From the IMG/VR virus record IMGVR_UViG_3300030012_001572, positions 32,130-96,129 of that record: a DNA stretch of 64,000 bases, one strand, 5' to 3'. How positions within the stretch are numbered: position 1 is the first letter of the stretch; every line of letters begins with the position of its first letter. This document shows, piece after piece, positions 58,212 through 64,000 of this stretch. Source of the DNA: a virus. Under the pieces are notes generated by a model, which saw only the letters and a program-made list of their open reading frames with translations, was not told the origin of the DNA and ran no database searches. The position numbers were made by a program, and so were the translations under genes.

Positions 58212-59056
58212 AACCTTTTTCCTTTGATTTCATGTGCTACTCTATAACCAATAAGTTCTAACAACTTCTTGGTTTCTAAATAAATCGTCTTTTCACTAAC
58301 TCCTGTTTGTTTAGATATGGTTTGTCTTTGTATTGTAGGATGAACCATTTTATTTACGGTTATCCAACATATTGCTTCATAATAACTAGGAGACTTTGTA
58401 TAATCTCCTTTCTGTTGAATTACTGCTTCAAAATACTCAAGAGTTTCTTCTGCTTGTCTCCTAAATACTAAATCTTCAGGAGCAATTTTTGCTACTGTTT
58501 TAATCAATCTGTATCTAGGATTGTAGGGGAGTTTCTTTGTTCCTGCAAATTGCTTAATCTTTCTAATTAGTTTCTTAGCACTTTTCATTGAATCAGGAAA
58601 TTCTTCACTAACTTCTTTAATTGAATGTTGTGTTCCGTTTTCTAATAAAGCATAATAAACAACTGCCGTTGCTCTTGCTTCATAAGTAGTTCTTCCAAAC
58701 AAACCTTTATTCAAGAAAAGAAGATATAATTCTTCTACTCTTGCTTTTAATTGCATTTGTGGTGCTACTTGACTTAATACCATATTACAATGATAAAATC
58801 CGTCAATTACTTTCTTTGGGAAGACACTATGTTTTCCCCAACGATTAAACTTATATGCTCCCTTTCCAGTTATTACTGAACCTAACCGACCATTATCCGA
58901 TGAAGCAATATTAACACCGTTATCTACAATACGAACTGTTTCTTCAAACATTTCTGTTATGATAACCAACCCGCAAGATTTACAACAAACCTCGCCTAAT
59001 TGTTCATCAAATTCTGTTTCTGTATTTCCGCATTCTTCACATATGTTATTCTGCAT
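58205..59056 (-). CDS. tfb: Transcription initiation factor B (TFIIB/TFB) homolog
   Basis: Zn ribbon CEECG...GEVCCKSCGLVI, then cyclin-repeat GRT..A.A...VYYA; start taken at MQNN. Confidence 0.8.
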   Translation of the reverse strand: MQNNICEECGNTETEFDEQLGEVCCKSCGLVIITEMFEETVRIVDNGVNIASSDNGRLGSVITGKGAYKFNRWGKHSVFPKKVIDGFYHCNMVLSQVAPQMQLKARVEELYLLFLNKGLFGRTTYEARATAVVYYALLENGTQHSIKEVSEEFPDSMKSAKKLIRKIKQFAGTKKLPYNPRYRLIKTVAKIAPEDLVFRRQAEETLEYFEAVIQQKGDYTKSPSYYEAICWITVNKMVHPTIQRQTISKQTGVSEKTIYLETKKLLELIGYRVAHEIKGKRLW

Positions 59057-60206
59057 GCAAATCAATCCTATATTCATTGGTATTACCGATAAGGTATCTT
59101 TTAATTGTATTAACGATTGTAATTGTAAATCTATCATTTAATAGTGCTAATGCTCTAGCAGCAAATTGGTCGCCTAATGAAGAACCTTTTGCCATATTAT
59201 CTATACAAATTGGCCCTTGCCATTTAGGTTCAGAATGAACTGTTTCATATATAGTTTCTTCATTTTCATCAAGACCTACTGCTTTCTTTTCTTTGACTGG
59301 TTGCCAAACATAAGTCGAAACCATTTGTATTTCAGACTTATATTTATTATTGGTTAATTTCCAATCATAATCTTTGCCTCTAACATAGAGATTCATTAAA
59401 ACATCACCTTCCCACTCAGCCGAAAGCCTGTCAGGATATTGTTCCAATAGTTCATTAACTAATTCAATTGCCCTTCTTTCAACCAAATCATCAGTTCTGT
59501 TCTGTCTTAGAAATGCTTTCATTACTTCCACTTCAGAATCAGTAGGTGTTTTGCCGACTGTTTTTTCATATAATTCGTTAGGGGAAGTATCAACCCAACT
59601 TCCACGATTTTTATTGTTCTTATAATAATTACAGAATACATCTAACTGTTTAACAGTCATTGTTCCCCAAACACCATCACTAACCTCAATTGCTATTTCA
59701 TTATCACCAATTTGCTGACAATTCAATCTAACTTCTATTGGTTCATCACCATCAGTTAATAGTTCAAACCAATGATAAGGCGCACGATTTTCAATACAAT
59801 ACTTGACATTTTCTGGTAATGATAATGTAGAATATAATGCGGTTAAAAGTTTTGAAGGTTCATTTTCAAAGCAAGACTTAAAGGTTAATCTTGCTAAAGC
59901 CGAAGCAATATTTGATAAATTAAAAGATTTACCATTTACTTCATATCTAATACCTTCTCTTGATAAGAGAACAGGACAACCATTAATCATAACTAAATGA
60001 TTAAATTGCTTTTTAAATCCTCCCCATACCTTATTCTTAGGAGAAAGAATCTTTCTCCAATATTTCTCTAAACCCGCTTGAAGTGGGTCAAGTGCTGACC
60101 TATCATAACTAACATCAGTATCATAAAAAGTAAATGTTTCACAGGTAATTTCTGTAAAATAAAACTCATTAGAGTCGTCAGGTTTTGCTATTCTTATTCT
60201 TGCCAT
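59046..60206 (-). CDS. Hypothetical protein with GPICID motif (E2-like candidate)
   Basis: C-terminal WQGPICIDNM...GDQFAARALALLND. Confidence 0.4.
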   Translation of the reverse strand: MARIRIAKPDDSNEFYFTEITCETFTFYDTDVSYDRSALDPLQAGLEKYWRKILSPKNKVWGGFKKQFNHLVMINGCPVLLSREGIRYEVNGKSFNLSNIASALARLTFKSCFENEPSKLLTALYSTLSLPENVKYCIENRAPYHWFELLTDGDEPIEVRLNCQQIGDNEIAIEVSDGVWGTMTVKQLDVFCNYYKNNKNRGSWVDTSPNELYEKTVGKTPTDSEVEVMKAFLRQNRTDDLVERRAIELVNELLEQYPDRLSAEWEGDVLMNLYVRGKDYDWKLTNNKYKSEIQMVSTYVWQPVKEKKAVGLDENEETIYETVHSEPKWQGPICIDNMAKGSSLGDQFAARALALLNDRFTITIVNTIKRYLIGNTNEYRIDLHAE

Positions 60207-60210
60207 ATTA

Positions 60211-60372
60211 TCACATCATATACATATTAGATTTATCTTTATCGCAAGATTCGTGAATCTCACGCTTTATCTCATCAGGGATGAGAAGTTGTTTTCCGCA
60301 CACCCTACAACGGGTAGCGATATTAGAGTTTTTTCTTTTATTTAAGACATAATTCGGGTCTTTTTCTTTCAT
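60211..60372 (-). CDS. Small Zn-finger protein (53 aa)
   Basis: RCRVCGKQL...HESC; below the ORF-track cutoff. Confidence 0.5.
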   Translation of the reverse strand: MKEKDPNYVLNKRKNSNIATRCRVCGKQLLIPDEIKREIHESCDKDKSNMYMM

Positions 60373-60712
60373 TGGCATTCCTCAATCTATTAATATTTTT
60401 ATTCATAATTTGACAGACTTTACATTCATGTGTCTTTGGACAATGTTTTGCATGATATTGCAATAATTTTTTTTGTTTATTAACTTCCTTTCTAAAATAT
60501 CTATGGAAACCCATTTCAATTGCTTCAGGAATATCCCATAATGTTTCTAAATATGTTTGTGTTAATCTAAATATTTTATCTTTGTCATACATTAATGACT
60601 CGCAGACATTTATTGCTAATCTTACTTTATTTATAGACTCATCGGTGAGCCTACTACACATTTTTATTATTACTGATTCACACTCTCCATAATTTTTGAA
60701 GAGTTTCTTCAT
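60338..60712 (-). CDS. Hypothetical protein with C-terminal HCxxxxxCxxC
   Basis: HCPKTHECKVC. Confidence 0.45.
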   Translation of the reverse strand: MKKLFKNYGECESVIIKMCSRLTDESINKVRLAINVCESLMYDKDKIFRLTQTYLETLWDIPEAIEMGFHRYFRKEVNKQKKLLQYHAKHCPKTHECKVCQIMNKNINRLRNANERKRPELCLK

Positions 60713-60724
60713 CTTTTCACTTCC

Positions 60725-62599
60725 CTATATTTCGCATTGTCCTCCCGCACAGGCTATTTCGCCCGATAGGTCGGTATTGTCTTGAGTTTCAACTACTTTA
60801 GTTAAATCAACTTCTGATAGCGATTTACTCAATTCATGATACTTTTCAGCATCACAGTCCTCAAATGGTGCTTGAGTGTATGTTCCTCCATCATAAGGTA
60901 AAACAGACAAACCATTGTAATAATGTCTATTTAACCACATCCATTCAGCGACTCTTTCCCATTCATTATCTTTAATTGAAATGGTGGCAGAAACATTATG
61001 TGTATTTAATCCATCACCATGTCCTGCACGAACCCAACGAATACTAAAGTTCTTTACACGCTCTAATAAATCAAATACTGATTCATGTCGTATAATAGCA
61101 TCTTTAGGTGCTTTTTGAGGAACAGAAATAACTGCTTGTTCTGTCGGATTAAAGAACTCATCTTCTACTAATTCAGGGTGTTCCCTTGAAAGGTAGCCAT
61201 AAATCGCTTCATTCTTTCCTACTCTTAATCTACGAATATAATAATCATTATGCCAAGCATGAATACCACTACTTGTTCCTAAAACAAGAGAAGTAGTTCC
61301 AGCAGGTTTTACGCATGTTGTTCTTTGAGCAGGATTAATACCAATTAACTTAGAAACCTTTTCATTTTCTTTCTTTACTTCATATGCGGCCATTTCTAAA
61401 TCTAAATGCTCAACAATATTTGAAGCAATACCTGTCATGGAAACTCCTAACAAAGCATCTTTCTCAGTCGCTTTGCGCCAAACTTCACGAAGATAATGAA
61501 AATCAGTATAACCCGCTTGTAATGTTCCTAAAAACGCTGCGGCTGAAACTCTTGCTTCTAAATCGGCTTGGTCTTTTACATCAGAAGCATTAACTTCTGT
61601 TAAATTACAAAATTGATATGGTCGTAGCGCAATCTCACAACAAGGATTAGTTCCCCAGTCTTTATCGTTATTAAAATAAATTCCGGGTTCTCCGCTTCCA
61701 GACGCTTTAATTCTATTCCACAAATCCATAAAGAAATCTTTTGTTACTCTATGTCTAAGCAATACTGCTGAATTGTTTGCTCTACCCCTTTGCGGATTTG
61801 TTTCCCACCAATTACCTGATTTACAAGCAATCATTTCATGGTCATCTGCTGAAAATAAACTAATCATAGCGGCTCTCCTAATTCCACCACTAAGAACTGC
61901 ATCAGCAATATGGCACATAATATCATGTGATTGAATAGGACTTAATTTAGTTCCATTAGGAATGTTTTGTAGTAAGTTCTCAATTAAAACTAAACACTTT
62001 CTTAATGGCTGACTTCCAGGTGCTTTTCCTCCAGAAGTTTTTAATAAACTTCCTTTAGGTCTAATATCTGAATAATCAAATACTGGACTTGATGTTCTAA
62101 TACCAGTATAACACTCCATAAGAATCTTTACTGCATCAGCCCATCCTTCTATTGAATCATTAACTAAATATCTTCTTTGACGATTAAGATTAGGTTTATG
62201 AATCTCTCTCATCAAATCAACATGGTGTCTTTGAACAGAATAACCAACGCCCGTTCCACCGAGTAATAAAAACATAGCCTCACTAAAGGCTATATGTGAA
62301 TCTATTGGCATATATGCACAATTGTAAACTCTATTTGGTGAAATTTCAATAGGTTTTCCACCAAACTGCATTGAACGCATAGAGGGCAATACTTTCTTTG
62401 GAACAACAAAATGCTCATAAACATCTCTAATATCTTGTTCTAATTGAGGATATGTTTTAATATGCATATCCATGTTTCTTTGACATATTTCACTCCATGT
62501 TTCTCTTCTTTCTAATTCGGGCTTAAACTTTGCATATTTCATATGCACCGTAATATCGGATAATATCTTTTTATCTGGGGCTTGTTCCATAATTAACAC
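60725..62599 (-). CDS. nrdJ: Class II (B12-dependent) ribonucleotide reductase
   Basis: LPSMR, YNC, GTGVG, TNPCCEI, CNLTE, CVKPAGT, C-terminal CAGGQCEI. Confidence 0.92.
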   Translation of the reverse strand: MLIMEQAPDKKILSDITVHMKYAKFKPELERRETWSEICQRNMDMHIKTYPQLEQDIRDVYEHFVVPKKVLPSMRSMQFGGKPIEISPNRVYNCAYMPIDSHIAFSEAMFLLLGGTGVGYSVQRHHVDLMREIHKPNLNRQRRYLVNDSIEGWADAVKILMECYTGIRTSSPVFDYSDIRPKGSLLKTSGGKAPGSQPLRKCLVLIENLLQNIPNGTKLSPIQSHDIMCHIADAVLSGGIRRAAMISLFSADDHEMIACKSGNWWETNPQRGRANNSAVLLRHRVTKDFFMDLWNRIKASGSGEPGIYFNNDKDWGTNPCCEIALRPYQFCNLTEVNASDVKDQADLEARVSAAAFLGTLQAGYTDFHYLREVWRKATEKDALLGVSMTGIASNIVEHLDLEMAAYEVKKENEKVSKLIGINPAQRTTCVKPAGTTSLVLGTSSGIHAWHNDYYIRRLRVGKNEAIYGYLSREHPELVEDEFFNPTEQAVISVPQKAPKDAIIRHESVFDLLERVKNFSIRWVRAGHGDGLNTHNVSATISIKDNEWERVAEWMWLNRHYYNGLSVLPYDGGTYTQAPFEDCDAEKYHELSKSLSEVDLTKVVETQDNTDLSGEIACAGGQCEI

Positions 62600-62982
62600 C
62601 TATGTTTAGTTCTTTTGGGAAGTTTGTCTAAAGTAGTAAAAGAGCAAATAAACTTTCTATTACCATCAGTAATCACCCACTCTTTTTCCATTAGAAACTT
62701 CCAGTTTATGAAGTCCTTTACGGCTTCATTTCCACAAGAAGATAGTAATTCATCTACCGATGAATAGACCTCCCCTGCGTAGTCTATGCGACTCTCACCG
62801 AGCGCATAAATATAACCCCGCTTGCCTGTTGCGAGGATAAAATTGTCGGGGTAAAAATCGGGCTTTACCACCGCAAGGTCATTTAGAATTACAGCATTAT
62901 TGCTATATTTCCAACCCTTCAAATCTAACATGATTTGTAGGGCATTTTCGTGAATAAAATTAAGTAAATCGGGTTGCATCAC
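62593..62982 (-). CDS. Hypothetical protein
   Basis: ORF; start uncertain. Confidence 0.45.
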   Translation of the reverse strand: MMQPDLLNFIHENALQIMLDLKGWKYSNNAVILNDLAVVKPDFYPDNFILATGKRGYIYALGESRIDYAGEVYSSVDELLSSCGNEAVKDFINWKFLMEKEWVITDGNRKFICSFTTLDKLPKRTKHRC

Positions 62983-62984
62983 CC

Positions 62985-63028
62985 AAAAAAGGGGAAGCCA
63001 TTAGTCGGTAAAAACTAATGACTCCCCC
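62985..63028 (-). terminator. Stem-loop plus T6 terminator downstream of the Ubl gene
   Basis: On the - strand: ggggagtcattagt-ttttaccg-actaatggcttcccc-tttttt. Confidence 0.7.
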
Positions 63029-63066
63029 TAATCGGGCTTGAAAGAACTTTAAGAATCAATTAATCC

Positions 63067-63273
63067 TCAAAGATTTCCTCCAACGATTGCAGGGGTTAAA
63101 TCTACCGATTGAACCGTTTCCCAGTTAATGTTAGCAATTTCTTCTCTTGCAACCATTTCCCCATCAATAAAAGCCCAATGGGTAGGGTGGTTGTCAATTT
63201 GCTCAATAATGCCTGAAGCGTCAAGCATTAAGTCTGTGTGTCCTGTTTCATTTAAAATTCGTAGTTTAATCAT
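63067..63273 (-). CDS. Ubiquitin-like (beta-grasp, ThiS/MoaD/SAMP-like) protein with GG-NL C-terminus
   Basis: 68 aa; WAFIDGEMV...VDLTPAIVGG followed by NL; GGAG RBS. Confidence 0.7.
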   Translation of the reverse strand: MIKLRILNETGHTDLMLDASGIIEQIDNHPTHWAFIDGEMVAREEIANINWETVQSVDLTPAIVGGNL

Positions 63274-63311
63274 ATTATCAATCTCCGTTCATTCTTGCTA
63301 GTTCTCTCAAG

Positions 63312-63319
63312 TATATAAA
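63312..63319 (-). promoter_or_regulatory. Archaeal TATA box upstream of the Ubl gene
   Basis: TTTATATA on the - strand ~40 nt before the ATG. Confidence 0.6.
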
Positions 63320-63324
63320 CAACC

Positions 63325-63438
63325 CTATTCTAAAGGGTAGTCTCCTTCTGCCAAGTGTGCAATAATTGACACACCAATTGTTCCTGCTACGGCAAATCCA
63401 GCCGTATATGCTATACCTTTCAATAATTTTCCAATCAT
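63325..63438 (-). CDS. Small membrane peptide (37 aa)
   Basis: MIGKLLKGIAYTAGFAVAGTIGVSIIAHLAEGDYPLE; ATGA coupling. Confidence 0.45.
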   Translation of the reverse strand: MIGKLLKGIAYTAGFAVAGTIGVSIIAHLAEGDYPLE

Positions 63439-63620
63439 TCATTCATCTCCTTTACTTCTTCAATTCGCTCAGTAAGCAACAAAAGAGCCGAAGCCCATAG
63501 ACCGACAAAGATACCTAAATCTGTATCATAGCCAGCGTATATTGCAATACTTCCTAAAATAGATGCTATACTAGCACCCAATCCTATTTTTTTCCAATTC
63601 ATCTTATTCATCTTATTCAT
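63435..63620 (-). CDS. Small two-TM membrane protein
   Basis: Two hydrophobic stretches; GIFVGLWA. Confidence 0.55.
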   Translation of the reverse strand: MNKMNKMNWKKIGLGASIASILGSIAIYAGYDTDLGIFVGLWASALLLLTERIEEVKEMNE

Positions 63621-63810
63621 CTCCTTTTAATTCACTTATTTTTTCACTTGCTTCTTTTTTGGTTTTTACAACCCCTTCATATCCTAAGTCTTTTAGATAT
63701 TGAAGTTGTTTTTCTGTGGGCATATTTCTTTTCATAATGTCCACTAAAGTTCTCCTTTGTCTTGGAGAGAGAGTTTTCTTTTTTACCATTCTTTCTTTAA
63801 TATCAACCAA
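63613..63810 (-). CDS. C-terminal part of a protein with PTEKQLQYL motif (probably extends beyond the window)
   Basis: Motif shared with 55920..57044. Confidence 0.45.
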   Translation of the reverse strand: MVDIKERMVKKKTLSPRQRRTLVDIMKRNMPTEKQLQYLKDLGYEGVVKTKKEASEKISELKGDE

Positions 63811-64000
63811 GAAATCTGTCTCCCATTCATTTGAGGCAAAACTGGCATCAAATACAGGAATACCGTAATTAGCACAACCGTATTCAAATTCTTTACTTTG
63901 CTCTAAAAGAACTCTATTTGCTTTTGCTCTCTTTTCTTCAAGAGCAATACGCTCTCTTTCTAATCTTTCTTGTCGCCTTCGTTCATTAATTAGCCTTTGT

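Noticed and set aside
62985-63066. tRNA or ncRNA in the spacer
   Set aside because: No cloverleaf or TTCRA motif; explained by a terminator hairpin. No tRNA was recognised anywhere in the window
1-64000. Eukaryotic giant virus or cellular archaeal chromosome
   Set aside because: HK97 protease/MCP, tape measure and tail genes with prokaryotic RBSs indicate a tailed virus; no ribosomal, rRNA or integrase genes were seen

Overview
The window is about 64 kb of an AT-rich tailed archaeal virus genome. It most resembles the 'magroviruses' that infect Marine Group II/Poseidoniales; this is inferred from gene content, GGTGA/GGAGG ribosome-binding sites, TTTATATA boxes, TFB, a histone fold, RFC, an AEP primase and an ERCC4 nuclease. 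Two arms converge on a bidirectional terminator at ~34.07-34.11 kb. The + arm (1-34032) is morphogenetic: putative internal head proteins, a second ATP-dependent ligase, prohead protease/scaffold, HK97-type major capsid protein, adaptor, tail tube, -1 frameshifted tail chaperones, tape measure and tail tip/fibre genes, with no sheath seen. The - arm (34089-64000) covers replication and host takeover: exonuclease, helicase-like ATPase, ERCC4, primase, Cas4-like nuclease, a split PolB, clamp, RFC pair, SSB, ligase, GroEL/GroES, TFB and class II RNR. Two modules stand out as candidate undescribed systems. (1) A virus-encoded ubiquitin-like set: a beta-grasp protein ending VGG-NL with its own promoter and terminator, an E1/ThiF, a JAB protease and a possible E2-like protein. 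(2) An Arf-like small GTPase operon with two membrane proteins, a Zn-finger protein and a coiled-coil/WW-like protein, lying between head and tail genes. Also notable are a shared capsid-targeting/cleavage code among head-region proteins, a possibly virion-packaged ligase with a LigD-phosphoesterase-like tail, two histone-fold candidates, and apparent avoidance of GATC, AGCT, GTAC and GGWCC. All assignments come from reading motifs by eye; no searches were run.
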